A stretch of 64,000 bases of DNA from positions 1 through 64,000 of the IMG/VR virus record IMGVR_UViG_3300028844_002785. One strand, written 5' to 3'. Source of the stretch: a virus. Shown piece by piece: positions 9,330 through 21,093 of this stretch. The notes under the pieces are model-generated. The model ran no database searches and had not been told where the DNA came from. It saw only the letters and a program-made list of their open reading frames with translations. A program made the position numbers and the translations under genes. Numbering within the stretch: position 1 is the stretch's first letter; every line of letters begins with the position of its first letter.

Positions 9330-12300
9330 GATACTTAGAAGAAAAAAATTCAATTATTTCTACAATAATTGAAAACCAGTTTCCTCAACACGTACAGGAA
9401 AATAATCCTTTATTTTTAAGTTTTCTATCTGAATATTATAAATCGCAAGAGGGCAAGTATGGTCCTCTTGATATTGCTGCAAATTTAACTGATTATTATA
9501 ATATAACTTATTTTAGACCTAATAGATTAGTAGAATCTGTTGAGTTGACATCTAACATTAGCGATAGTGATACTACTATCCCAGTTTTTAGTACCAAAGG
9601 TTATCCTGAGAAAGGATATATTAAAATTGATAATGAGATAATTTATTATGAAGATAAAACGAGCAACTCATTTACTAATTGTATTAGGGGAACAAAGGCT
9701 TTAGTTTTAAGTAATATCCCAAAATCATTGGTGACATTAGAGACCTCTGTCAAAGCAAGTCATCTAGCAAAAGTAAATGTATATAATATTGCATATAATT
9801 ATTCAAAAGAATTTTTTAACAGAATTAAATCTGAAGTTGGTATACAAATTCCAGAGGTTTTAGATGAGTCTTTAGATATAGGTGAGTTTTTAAAAAAAAT
9901 TAAATCATTTTATTCTGCGAAGGGTAGTTTGAATTCTCACCGAATAGTATTTCGTATATTATTCAATGATAGAAGGTTTGACCTAAAATTAAAACCTAGA
10001 GGTACTGGGGCAGTTTTAGATATACCTAATTTAGACGGCAGTATTCCAGATCCAACAACTTTCCAGATTCCAGATAGCGTTTTTATTAAAAATGGTGGAT
10101 CTGGATATGATAATAGAAAAGTAACTCCCGGTGGTGCATTAATGAATGCTCCTATAGTGGATATTTTTGGTACTGGTACTGGAATTATAAATCAAACTAC
10201 ACAAATTAGAGATAATACAACTGCTGTCATCAAAGTCACCGATATTGATAGTAATGGAACTATTACTAATATTTCGGTAGAAGATATTGGGGAAAACTAT
10301 TTTGGTCCAATTAGAGCACGAGTAAGACCAACAAAATTTGAAGAAGATCAACTTGTAACTAATATTGACGGTACTGGTGTAGCAAGAGTAGAATATTATG
10401 AAGCCAAATCTGACAATGTAATATTATATGATGTAATTGGTAATTTTAGACAGGGACAGGAAATATTCTCAACTTCTGGTGAACAACCAAGAGCTTTTAT
10501 ATCTACATTACCACATATAAATTTCAAAACACGAAAGGGTGTAGAAATTCTTAGTGAAGATCAACAAATTGAGTTTCCTAGAGAATATACATTTAAGACT
10601 TCAAATACACAAGCATCAACAAGAAAAATTATTCGTTGTAAGTTAATTACTGGGTATAATTTAGAAAATGATATTTTACCAGATGTTTTTTCATTAAAAC
10701 AAGACTCTGATAAGTTATTTGGTGTAAAGGGAGTAGACATTGAGGTAGATAATAAAATTTTCTTGACTAATGATATTTTTGAATTTGAAATTGGTTCTAA
10801 TAGTGATGTAAATGACATTTATCTACAACCAGATACTGTAATTGTAAAAAGTACTACTATTAACAGTAATACTGATATTATTACTGTGGACGATGCTTCA
10901 TCATTTCCAGTAACAAATGGCATTTTAAGTATTAAGGGTAATGAGGTAATTTATAAAACCAGAACATCACAACAGTTCTTTGGATGTTCTTATACTGGTA
11001 CTGATTTTAATGTTGATGTTAAGGATGTTGTAATTTCGTTTGGTCGTTATAAATTAGTTGAAAGACAGGAAGATGATCCAGAAAATCCTGGTAGTACAGT
11101 AGAGAAAAATAAATGGACAACTAATGTTAGAGTTTCCATTGGTGATTATAGATTCTATAACAACAATCTTTATATTGCAGAAACTTCTGGTATATCTGGT
11201 TCAATACCACCAACACATACAGTTGGAATAATAACTGATGGTAAGATTAAATGGAGATATTATGATACCAATAGATATGATCATTCATTCTATATCGAAC
11301 AAAATTCAACATCTACTCCAAATCCAAGATTTAGAATTTTTGGATTGCCTGGGGAAGTAATAGTTGAACAGAGTGGTTCCTTAAACAGTTTAACAAAATA
11401 CGAATTTGCTAATTTTGATAGTCCTAATATTGATGTATATAATTTTAAATTAGATAATGAATTAGCAGCAGATAGATCTGATAGACTGTCTTTACTTTTA
11501 AGTTCAAACTATAATAGAGATAGAAATACAGTTACTGATTCTAGAATACCTTCTTTTGGTTCTTTAACTGGATTTAACAGTCATTACGATTACACTGACT
11601 ATGTGTATATTGCAACTTCATGTGTTCCTCCATGGTGGAGTGATATTATTTCGTATCCATCTTCAGGACAAAGTATTCCTGCTAATGATTTAAAGAAAGT
11701 TTCTTTTACAAATCAAAAAGCAGTTACTAGATGGGCAAAATCTGCTATTCTTTATAGTACTCAAGGTGTTTCTCAGTTTAGGACTAATAAAAAATTAGTT
11801 GGTCTTCAGGTAGACGCAATTCAAGTAAATTCATATAAAGGTAATACTGTACAGTATGGATATCTTGATAGATTCTCTATATCACTTAGTGGTAATTATG
11901 GAGTTACATACACAGAGACTGGTGGTATAGCAACTTCAATTAACACATCAAAAAATCCAAAATTAGCTATAACAGAAGGATCTACTACTTTAAATGTAGA
12001 TAACTCAAATAATCTAACCAAAATTTCGGCTGGTATAACTAAAATTAATTTTGCAAACTTATTTGCTCAATATTCATCAGAATTGTCTGGTTTTACTTCA
12101 AAACCATCTATAACAGTTGTTAACCAAAATCCACAAAATGTAGTTAAATTTGTAAATGTTTCAGCTACTGGTAATACCTATTCGGGAATTGATGTTACCA
12201 ATAATATTATAACTGGATCTTCCCATGGCTTTAATACTGGAGATAAAGTAAAGTATATAAGTGATGATAATTATTTTCAATCACTAATTGCCAATACGGA

Positions 12301-15300
12301 ATATTTTGTTAGAGTATTGGATTCCAATAGATTCACTTTACATAAAACTAAATCAAATGCTTTATTAAATAACGCTAAAGTATCATTAAATCCAAATTAC
12401 ATTACACCAGAAACAGCTACTGTTCCAGGTGTACCTGTAGTTCAATCTAATGTATCATTTAGATTTGAAGGTGAGTTTAAGAATCCATATACTGGATCTG
12501 AAGACGCTGTATTAGAAGTAAGTTATACAGACGGAAATATTGATAATATTATAATTAGATCTTCTGGTAAAGGATATGTAAATCTTCCCAAAATTATAAT
12601 TAGTAATGGTGGAAAATCAGATTTTGAAATTCCTTTTAGTAAGAATGGTGTAAAATTTGTTGAAATGAGTGGACCACTCATTTCATATCATAACTTTGAT
12701 AATAAAAACTATAATACAATTCTAGTAAATGATACTGATGGTTTATATGCATCAATAACTAATATATGGGAAAAAACACCAACAGTTGAAGTTGTTAGTG
12801 GTAGAAATGCTTCAGCGACTGCTTTCCTTGCAAATGGAAAACTTAATTCAGTAGTGTTGTCAAATGCTGGTGAGTTTTACGATATAGAACCAGTAGTAGA
12901 AGTTCTTGGTGATGGAAAAGATGCTGTAGTAACTGCATCTATAACTGCATCTGGTGAAATTGAACAATTTACTATTGTCAACCAAGGGTCTGGTTATACT
13001 ACTGCACCTACTATTAAAATAACACCAGTAGGTGCTGGTGGTGCAATAACATCATCTTTAAAAGAATGGACATTTAACTTAGTAAGACAACTAAGTGAAC
13101 TTGGTCGTATTGATAATCATGGTGGATATGTATTTGATTCTGGAGATTCTATCCCGACAACAAATAATACTAAGTCATTTAAGTTAATTGATTATAAAAA
13201 TGATTTTCCAACTGATATTAACCAAAAACAATATTTCTTATTAAAACCAACTGAAAAATTAGCAGCACGTCAGATTAGAAATTCTGCTCCAGATGTTCTA
13301 TTGGGTGCTATTGCTGCAGCAGCAGGAAAAACTGTTGCAAATTTAACTGATGCTGAAATACTTGGAACTACTGGAACTGCTATTGATCAAGTAACAGCAG
13401 CTGCACACTCTTTACCATATCTTGTTTCATATGATGGTATTCCAACGTATCACGGTGGAAAACTTTTACAAAAAAGAAATATAGCTTTTGATGCGGTCAA
13501 TAATCCTTTAGAAGAAGCAGTATCACAATATAAGTTAAAATATACAACTACACCTACTAATGATGTTACTGAAACATCTAAAACTATAGGTGGTACATTA
13601 TATTACTTTAGTCGAGTTGGTGGACCATCCACTGCAGATTATCCAATTGGAAGTTTTATTGAAGATTATCAGTTTGTAGAGGGTGATGATAACTCATTAG
13701 ATATTCATAATGGTAAATTCGCAGTAACCCCAGAATTTCCAAGTGGAAGATATATCTATGCTGCAACTAAAAAATCACATGATGCAGCAACTAATGCAAT
13801 CATAACAGATAGTGGTATCGACTTTGGTGGATTCCCTTATTTTGTTGGAGATACATTTGCATCTGAATATGATGATTACATGAATAATAGATGTAGAACT
13901 AATGATAAAATTCCAAAGTCATTTAATAGAGCATTTGAAAAAGATCTTCTTAAGGTTGTTTCAAATGGAGATGCTAAGTATTTCGGAAGTATTCCAGCTG
14001 GTGCAAACTGGTTCAACGGATTAGATCATAATGATGAGTATCCTAAAGAAGATACTGATAAAATTAGATCAGTTGCAGGAACTTTAACAGTTTCCGGCGG
14101 TGCAGTTGATGCAGTTATTTTAGAAAATAAAGGATCTGGATATAATGTAGGTGATAGATTAAAAATTGATAACTCAAAAACTTTTGGTTCTGGTTTCTCT
14201 GGTTTTGTTTCTAAAATTGGTGGTAAGGAATTATTAAATTCTTTTTTAAAAACACCAGATTATAAAACTGTTACATTCCAAACTAAAGTTGCTAATGAGT
14301 TAGCCATTGGAGATTTAATTGAATTTAAATATAACACTACTGGTTATGATTTTTCAGATTCTCCGATTTTTCTTTTAGAAAACAGTACTTCTCAACCAAT
14401 TAGTTCTAATGTAGTTAAGTTAGATAATGTAGAAGTTTCGATCAAAGAAGGTCAGTCTATAGATAAACTAAAGGATAAACTAATATATGCAGTTTCACTG
14501 AACTCTAACTTTAAATATGAATTACAATTACCAGGAAGTAGTGAAGTTAAAGTCACATATGATATCGAATCAGTAAATGAATATTTTACATTAGTTCCTT
14601 CACCAACGGATACTGTAAGATTTGATATGTCTACGCTACCAAATAGAGTGTATCTACATGTTACATCTGCTGGTAGTACTGATGAGTGGATTTACCAAAT
14701 TGATAAAGTTAGAGACTATCAAGGATCCCATCAAATAATTGATGTTAATCCATCGTTAAAGCAATTCACTGTTCTATTCCAAGAAAGTACATATTCGTTT
14801 GAGCAAAGATTTTTAAGTTATGATGCTCAATCATATGGTGCTGTTGGTCCAATTGAAGAAATAACAATCACCAATACTGGTAATAATTACAGAAAATTGC
14901 CACAAATTGTTGGTTTGATTAAAAAAGGAACAGTTGATACTGATGCTGGCGATGGAACTGCAATAATACAAACAAATTCTAATAGTATTGGTAAAATAAA
15001 AAGAATCTACTATGATTCAATTGGAACATCGTTTACATCTAATAACAATGTAAATTATTATTTAAATTTACCAGCTACAGCAAAAATTATTAATAATTTT
15101 GAAATATATGATGTAGAAATTGTAAACTCTGGTCAAAATTATGATAATGTAATTACAATTTTAGTTGATGGTGCATCTGATAAAGCTACAATAGAAGCTA
15201 CCGTTAGATCTGGAACTATAACTGAAGTTAAAGTTGTTGATGGAGGAATGAATTTCTCTAAGGAACCAGTATTAACAATTTCTTCAACTAACGGAACTGG

Positions 15301-18300
15301 TGGTTTACTGAGATCTAAAATTAGAAGAAAAGATATTGCAACTGGTCAGGAACTAACTGGCAATATTAATTCTATTTTGTTCCCAGTTGAAGTAAAAAGT
15401 AATGTAGTATCTTTTGACCGATTCACATCTGTACTTGAGTTTGATGAAGTTGCTGGCCAGTTTAAAGATGCAGATACTGTTTATCTTGGTGGTAAAGCAT
15501 ATGGAAAAATTGTAAGTATTAGAAGAAATAAAGCATATGCAAATGTGAATCCTTATGCAACATTAAATGTACAAAGATCCGATGTTCAGGGTAATACTAG
15601 TGAATTTTTACAAAAAATAACTGATAGTAATTATTATCAGGATTGGTCTTATTCATTGACATCTTCTAGAGATATAACAGAATGGAGAAAGGATCAAGAT
15701 ATTCTTACTCATCCAGCTGGATTTAAACAGTTTGGTAAAAAACGTATTGAAAGAAGAAAATCAGTATTTAAAGATCAACAAGAAATATTTAAGAGTAATG
15801 TTGCTTTTGCAACTAAATTCTTTAATAAAATTAATTTGACAACTAAACTTGGAGAATGTGGTACTCAAAGATTATTTTTTAGTGACACTAGTCAATTTGC
15901 AGTTGGAGATTATTATTTTGGAATTACATCAACTGCTATTGGTGAAATTCTCCAAGTTACAGAGTTCTTTATTAGAGTTAAAAACAGAAATAACACAAAA
16001 TTTATAACAGATGAATCTATTGTAAAAATTTCTCTAAACTATGCAATTGGTTTAAATCCAGGTACATATAAATCAATAGTTATTGCTAATGGTATACTAC
16101 AGGAACCAGTAGAGTCCTATGATGTATCTACTGATTTCTTAAGTGTTCAAAGTTTTATTCCTAGATTTGATTTAAATACAAATGATGAGATTTTATGGCA
16201 TAAACTACAAACTCCATTTGTTGACTTAGATGATCAAGTTTTATCTGCGGCTGCAACTACATTCTCTCTAAGTGAAAAATCAAATGCAGTTACTATAGAT
16301 GATACGACAAAAGAAAAATTTATAATCTCTATTGCTGGATCTGTTCAAAATCCAGCTAATCTTACAATATCTAATAATATTGTAAATGTTACTAATTCTC
16401 CTAATTACGACAGTAAAGTATTTGCTATTAAACATAACAATTTACGTCAATTAACATTTACTGGATCTGGTACAACCTTTACACTAAATTACACTCCAAC
16501 TGGACATTGCAATCTTCTAATCTTTGTTGAAGGTGCCTCTCAGTCACAATTACTAACAGATTTTACACTATCTGGTAACACAGTTACTTTTAGTGAGTCT
16601 TTTGATACTAATGAATTATTTGGTTGGGAAATAAACGAAACAGTTACTTGTGAGAAGATAAACATCTCAGATCTATTGGGTCTCAGGACTACAATGATAT
16701 TAGATTGTGTAACTAAGAGATTTAACCAAAATATAGAATCAAATGCCATTAAGAAACCAGATTCAATCTATGAAATAAGAAAGGATCAAATTACAGGAAC
16801 AGTTATTCCAGAGAGTAGTACTCTTGTAACTGGTTTTGATACTAAGTTTACATATACAACTCCAAGATATTCTAAGAGTTATGTTGATGTTTTAGATCCA
16901 TTGACATTTAATGGATCAACTAAATCATTTACATTACAGAAGAATGGAGAGAATCATACTCCTCAGAATGGTGAAGAGAGTTTAATTATTCAAACTAACA
17001 TTAGTGGCACTAAACATGTTTTAGATCACACAGAATATACTGTGAGTGGTTCAACGATAACTTTTAACACTGCATATGCTGGATCAGTAAAAGCAACTAT
17101 TCTTGATTACGAAAGCACATTCTTATCAAATGTGTCCAATGAGAGTGGAAGTGTATTAGATAGACTCTTTACGAAACAGGATGGTTCTAGAAGAACATTT
17201 AGTGTTTCTGATGCTGGTGTTCCAATTTACTCAAAAAATGTAGGTGATATCTTTACTATCAAGAATGGAAAACTATTACCTCCAGATTCTTCACAATATA
17301 GTATAAATGATAACAAAATTACTTTTGTGGATGCCCCAACTTCCTCCGATTCTGTAGTTTTAGCTCACTTCAATAGACAATTATTACCTGACTATACAAA
17401 CAACGTTGTTCTAGACGATTTTGTATGCGCTGATGGAGTTACAACAGACTTCCCAATAACTCTCCCAGGTGCCTCAAGAGGATCAGTTATTTGGAATAAC
17501 TTATATCATGTTTTCATTGTCAGAAACGGCGTATATCAGAAACCAGGAAGAGATTTTACTATCGTAAATCAAAATATTCTTAGATTTACAACACCACCAA
17601 CTAAGGAAGAATCTGGGTTAATTTTTGGATATGTGTCTCAGGCAGGTATAACTCAGAATGTATTGATGGATGATATCAATTCTCAATTCAATGGTGTTAA
17701 CTTTGAATTTGATTTAACAGATAATGGAAATCCATTTACTATTCCAGATCTTGGTGGAACAGGTCAGGGGTATGATGATACATTTGTTGTTAGAAACGGT
17801 GTCATACAGAGACCTGTATTAGATTATACTATTGGAACTAATGTTGGTACTGGTGGAAATACAATACAACTTTTACCCAGGCCCGTTGCTTCGGATGATA
17901 TATGGATTCTTTACACCCACAATTCTACCATTTACAATCTATTTTCAGTACAATCTCAATCTAGTAGTGTATCAAGACTTGTTTTTGCTATAGGTACTCC
18001 TGCTGCTGATCCAGCTGATATTAATGATTTTGTAGTTTATGCAGACGGTGTTCCTAGATTTGCTCAAAGAGGTGATTGGGTCTTTGACACTAGTACTGTA
18101 GGAGGTAATACTCCATATAAAATGATATTTTTAAATCATACTGATGGTCAACCACCACAGAATGTAATGGTTATCAAGCATGCTAATACAACTCTAATTA
18201 ATGACTTGGAAGAATGTCAGGATGGATCTAGAACTACATTTAGAGTTCTTGAAAATGGTCAAGATGCAATTGATGCTTTAATTCAAACCACAGATATATT

Positions 18301-21058
18301 GGTTGTTAAAAATGGTATTGTATTACAAAAAGATATTGATTACACAATTCCAACTTTAGACATAATTTTTACAACTGCACCATTACACACTGATAATATT
18401 TTATTAATTAGATCTGATGGTATGGTACATAGTACACTTACTAATACTTCTGGAAACACATATACCATTAGTAATTCAGAAACCACGGAAAAATCAAATG
18501 TAGTTGTCTTCTCTAATAATGAATTTAAATTTGAAGAACTTGGAGATTTTACTTGGGTCAATGATTCAACTATTACATTGAGTAGTGCTCATACCACTGG
18601 AAATTTATTTGCTATTAAGTTTGATGGTATATTTAAACTATTAGATCCAATTAACAATATCTTTAACGGATCTAATACTAAGTTTAACTTAATGGATGGT
18701 CAAAAATTCTTGACTCCTACTGCAGCAACTTATACTGCTAGTACTGGTAATCTGGTTTTGACTATTGCAAACCATGGACTATCTGATGGTAATGTAGTTA
18801 AGATTGCTGCAAATTCAATGAGTTTTACATGTTCAATGGATAATAATTATAGTATTAAGACTTATCCAAGAACTACCGATCCTGTTTATGGTAATAATAT
18901 TACAATTGGTTCAGTAACTACAAATACTATTACTCTTCCAATTGGGTCTTCTCCACTTGTTAACTATACACCTGGACCTAATACCGAATATAATACAGTT
19001 ACTGGTGATTTAATATTAGATATTGGAACATCCGGTGCAGCTGCTAGGTATGTTGGTGAACAGATTAAGTTAGCAAATGGTGCAATTACATTCACATGTG
19101 CATCTGATGGTAACCAAACACAACTATCTCACCCAAGAGCACTTATAGATTCATATACACCAGAAAGTGCAACATATAATTCATCTACCGGAATTGTAAC
19201 TATAACACTTTCTGGTCATGGTTTCGTGAATGACGATTGGGTAAAACTAGAAGATAATGCATTGACATTTACATGCACTAAAGATAGTAATGGTAGTAAC
19301 CACGCATATCCTCGTTCTACAGATCCAATTAGTGGTAAATTTATTCAAATTTCTAATGTAACTACTAATACATTTGATATTAATGTTGGTGTATCACCTG
19401 CAGGTGAACAATACCCACATACATTTGTTAGTGCTGTAACAGACTCATTAAAGAAAAAACGTGATAGACATGATACTCCATTAGTAATTACTGCAATCGA
19501 TGCAACTGCTGGAACAATCACTATTAATGTAGGACCATCGCCAGAAACAGCACCACATACATTTGTTAGTGCTTTGTCAAATTCTGTTATTACTGGTGGT
19601 AATTATGTTCATACATTTGTTTCTGCTAAACCAAGATCTTTAATTATTGGTAATACACAAGAAAACTTTGTTCCAGTTGGAACTACAAGTAATGATAATG
19701 TTCCACATGAAACTGGAATAATTGTTGTTAAGAATGGTAGTGTATTGGATCCAGGAGTTGATTATACATTAACTGGTGATATTAAGAGTCAGATATCACT
19801 TACAACCGCTCCAGCATCTTCTGATATTATATCTGCAAGGGCGGTAGGTATGTTTGATAAACTTGATACTATTACAAGTGGAAGTGGAACTACATTTAGT
19901 ATTACTAAGGGATCTACAGCATATTATGCGAATAACGACATTGATCGTCCAGAAAAACTAGAAAATCAAATCATGGTTATAATGGATGGAAACGTACAAA
20001 GTCCTTTGTATGATTATATTATTAGACATGATAAAATTATCTTTGAAAATAGTGTGACATTTACTAAACTAGTATTACTAGATTTCCGTGGCACACCAAG
20101 TGATGTACAAATTTTATCTAGATCATATGAGGTTTCGGTTGGAGATCAATTATATATTGATGGAGAAATTTCTCCTAGAACAGTAACATCAATTAAATCT
20201 CCAGATGTGTTGATTACTAATAGTTACACGGATACAACTCCATCTGGTTATGTTGGTTCTTCTACACCAAGTAATGGAATTCTTTCCACAATTACAACAA
20301 CTGATAATGGTTTGAATTATAGAGAACCAGTTATTATGAGAACTGTTGGTACTGGAGTTGGTGCTAAGTTCTTAGGAACAACTAACTATAATGAGGGTGG
20401 TACGGTTACTCCTGGAGATCTCTTATATCCAGGAAGAAACATTCAAAATCCACATGATGTTTATGCAACTGTATATGCATCAGTTTACAAAGAACTACCA
20501 GTAAGTAAAACAGAAATTAGACGTGCAACTAAACTTGACGCTGATATAAATGCATCAGTGGAAACAGTTGCACTCGATAATGTTTCTGGATTATCTGCAA
20601 ACACTCCAACCATCACAATTACTGGTTATAACGGTGGTGGTTCAGAAGCGGTATTGAGACCTTATATTTCTAATGGAGAAATAAGAAAGGTTGACATTAT
20701 TAGTGGCGGTGCTAATTATCAAGATAAAGACTTCAGTATTACTTTAACTGGGGGAGGTGGAACTGGATGTGTCTTAAGAGGTACATTAAATTCCAGCGGT
20801 ACAATAACTGCGGTTGATGTTGTAAATAGTGGTACTGGTTATGATACAAATAGAGTGATTCTATATCACACTTCTGGTGGTGTTGTAACATCAGAAGTTA
20901 TTGAATATACAGAATTATCTTCTACATCTGGAACTGCAAATCTTCTTGGTTGTACAAGAGGTGCATCGGGTACTACTGCAGTTTCTCATAGTGCCCAAAT
21001 TGAGTCTCCGGACAATGCATCGACATATACTCTCGTATATTTCGACAATTTTCTTTAA
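9326..21058 (+). CDS. Giant baseplate wedge initiator (gp7-like), about 3910 aa, with multiple accessory modules
   Basis: N-terminal IENQFPQHVQENNPLFLSFLSEYY and KSFYSAKGS; internal DSNYYQDWSY and HPAGFKQFG; lies between gp6 and gp8; ATGA overlap with gp6. Confidence 0.85.
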   Translation: MRYLEEKNSIISTIIENQFPQHVQENNPLFLSFLSEYYKSQEGKYGPLDIAANLTDYYNITYFRPNRLVESVELTSNISDSDTTIPVFSTKGYPEKGYIKIDNEIIYYEDKTSNSFTNCIRGTKALVLSNIPKSLVTLETSVKASHLAKVNVYNIAYNYSKEFFNRIKSEVGIQIPEVLDESLDIGEFLKKIKSFYSAKGSLNSHRIVFRILFNDRRFDLKLKPRGTGAVLDIPNLDGSIPDPTTFQIPDSVFIKNGGSGYDNRKVTPGGALMNAPIVDIFGTGTGIINQTTQIRDNTTAVIKVTDIDSNGTITNISVEDIGENYFGPIRARVRPTKFEEDQLVTNIDGTGVARVEYYEAKSDNVILYDVIGNFRQGQEIFSTSGEQPRAFISTLPHINFKTRKGVEILSEDQQIEFPREYTFKTSNTQASTRKIIRCKLITGYNLENDILPDVFSLKQDSDKLFGVKGVDIEVDNKIFLTNDIFEFEIGSNSDVNDIYLQPDTVIVKSTTINSNTDIITVDDASSFPVTNGILSIKGNEVIYKTRTSQQFFGCSYTGTDFNVDVKDVVISFGRYKLVERQEDDPENPGSTVEKNKWTTNVRVSIGDYRFYNNNLYIAETSGISGSIPPTHTVGIITDGKIKWRYYDTNRYDHSFYIEQNSTSTPNPRFRIFGLPGEVIVEQSGSLNSLTKYEFANFDSPNIDVYNFKLDNELAADRSDRLSLLLSSNYNRDRNTVTDSRIPSFGSLTGFNSHYDYTDYVYIATSCVPPWWSDIISYPSSGQSIPANDLKKVSFTNQKAVTRWAKSAILYSTQGVSQFRTNKKLVGLQVDAIQVNSYKGNTVQYGYLDRFSISLSGNYGVTYTETGGIATSINTSKNPKLAITEGSTTLNVDNSNNLTKISAGITKINFANLFAQYSSELSGFTSKPSITVVNQNPQNVVKFVNVSATGNTYSGIDVTNNIITGSSHGFNTGDKVKYISDDNYFQSLIANTEYFVRVLDSNRFTLHKTKSNALLNNAKVSLNPNYITPETATVPGVPVVQSNVSFRFEGEFKNPYTGSEDAVLEVSYTDGNIDNIIIRSSGKGYVNLPKIIISNGGKSDFEIPFSKNGVKFVEMSGPLISYHNFDNKNYNTILVNDTDGLYASITNIWEKTPTVEVVSGRNASATAFLANGKLNSVVLSNAGEFYDIEPVVEVLGDGKDAVVTASITASGEIEQFTIVNQGSGYTTAPTIKITPVGAGGAITSSLKEWTFNLVRQLSELGRIDNHGGYVFDSGDSIPTTNNTKSFKLIDYKNDFPTDINQKQYFLLKPTEKLAARQIRNSAPDVLLGAIAAAAGKTVANLTDAEILGTTGTAIDQVTAAAHSLPYLVSYDGIPTYHGGKLLQKRNIAFDAVNNPLEEAVSQYKLKYTTTPTNDVTETSKTIGGTLYYFSRVGGPSTADYPIGSFIEDYQFVEGDDNSLDIHNGKFAVTPEFPSGRYIYAATKKSHDAATNAIITDSGIDFGGFPYFVGDTFASEYDDYMNNRCRTNDKIPKSFNRAFEKDLLKVVSNGDAKYFGSIPAGANWFNGLDHNDEYPKEDTDKIRSVAGTLTVSGGAVDAVILENKGSGYNVGDRLKIDNSKTFGSGFSGFVSKIGGKELLNSFLKTPDYKTVTFQTKVANELAIGDLIEFKYNTTGYDFSDSPIFLLENSTSQPISSNVVKLDNVEVSIKEGQSIDKLKDKLIYAVSLNSNFKYELQLPGSSEVKVTYDIESVNEYFTLVPSPTDTVRFDMSTLPNRVYLHVTSAGSTDEWIYQIDKVRDYQGSHQIIDVNPSLKQFTVLFQESTYSFEQRFLSYDAQSYGAVGPIEEITITNTGNNYRKLPQIVGLIKKGTVDTDAGDGTAIIQTNSNSIGKIKRIYYDSIGTSFTSNNNVNYYLNLPATAKIINNFEIYDVEIVNSGQNYDNVITILVDGASDKATIEATVRSGTITEVKVVDGGMNFSKEPVLTISSTNGTGGLLRSKIRRKDIATGQELTGNINSILFPVEVKSNVVSFDRFTSVLEFDEVAGQFKDADTVYLGGKAYGKIVSIRRNKAYANVNPYATLNVQRSDVQGNTSEFLQKITDSNYYQDWSYSLTSSRDITEWRKDQDILTHPAGFKQFGKKRIERRKSVFKDQQEIFKSNVAFATKFFNKINLTTKLGECGTQRLFFSDTSQFAVGDYYFGITSTAIGEILQVTEFFIRVKNRNNTKFITDESIVKISLNYAIGLNPGTYKSIVIANGILQEPVESYDVSTDFLSVQSFIPRFDLNTNDEILWHKLQTPFVDLDDQVLSAAATTFSLSEKSNAVTIDDTTKEKFIISIAGSVQNPANLTISNNIVNVTNSPNYDSKVFAIKHNNLRQLTFTGSGTTFTLNYTPTGHCNLLIFVEGASQSQLLTDFTLSGNTVTFSESFDTNELFGWEINETVTCEKINISDLLGLRTTMILDCVTKRFNQNIESNAIKKPDSIYEIRKDQITGTVIPESSTLVTGFDTKFTYTTPRYSKSYVDVLDPLTFNGSTKSFTLQKNGENHTPQNGEESLIIQTNISGTKHVLDHTEYTVSGSTITFNTAYAGSVKATILDYESTFLSNVSNESGSVLDRLFTKQDGSRRTFSVSDAGVPIYSKNVGDIFTIKNGKLLPPDSSQYSINDNKITFVDAPTSSDSVVLAHFNRQLLPDYTNNVVLDDFVCADGVTTDFPITLPGASRGSVIWNNLYHVFIVRNGVYQKPGRDFTIVNQNILRFTTPPTKEESGLIFGYVSQAGITQNVLMDDINSQFNGVNFEFDLTDNGNPFTIPDLGGTGQGYDDTFVVRNGVIQRPVLDYTIGTNVGTGGNTIQLLPRPVASDDIWILYTHNSTIYNLFSVQSQSSSVSRLVFAIGTPAADPADINDFVVYADGVPRFAQRGDWVFDTSTVGGNTPYKMIFLNHTDGQPPQNVMVIKHANTTLINDLEECQDGSRTTFRVLENGQDAIDALIQTTDILVVKNGIVLQKDIDYTIPTLDIIFTTAPLHTDNILLIRSDGMVHSTLTNTSGNTYTISNSETTEKSNVVVFSNNEFKFEELGDFTWVNDSTITLSSAHTTGNLFAIKFDGIFKLLDPINNIFNGSNTKFNLMDGQKFLTPTAATYTASTGNLVLTIANHGLSDGNVVKIAANSMSFTCSMDNNYSIKTYPRTTDPVYGNNITIGSVTTNTITLPIGSSPLVNYTPGPNTEYNTVTGDLILDIGTSGAAARYVGEQIKLANGAITFTCASDGNQTQLSHPRALIDSYTPESATYNSSTGIVTITLSGHGFVNDDWVKLEDNALTFTCTKDSNGSNHAYPRSTDPISGKFIQISNVTTNTFDINVGVSPAGEQYPHTFVSAVTDSLKKKRDRHDTPLVITAIDATAGTITINVGPSPETAPHTFVSALSNSVITGGNYVHTFVSAKPRSLIIGNTQENFVPVGTTSNDNVPHETGIIVVKNGSVLDPGVDYTLTGDIKSQISLTTAPASSDIISARAVGMFDKLDTITSGSGTTFSITKGSTAYYANNDIDRPEKLENQIMVIMDGNVQSPLYDYIIRHDKIIFENSVTFTKLVLLDFRGTPSDVQILSRSYEVSVGDQLYIDGEISPRTVTSIKSPDVLITNSYTDTTPSGYVGSSTPSNGILSTITTTDNGLNYREPVIMRTVGTGVGAKFLGTTNYNEGGTVTPGDLLYPGRNIQNPHDVYATVYASVYKELPVSKTEIRRATKLDADINASVETVALDNVSGLSANTPTITITGYNGGGSEAVLRPYISNGEIRKVDIISGGANYQDKDFSITLTGGGGTGCVLRGTLNSSGTITAVDVVNSGTGYDTNRVILYHTSGGVVTSEVIEYTELSSTSGTANLLGCTRGASGTTAVSHSAQIESPDNASTYTLVYFDNFL

Positions 21059-21093
21059 TAAATAAAAGTATAAAATAAAAAAGCGGAAGAATA

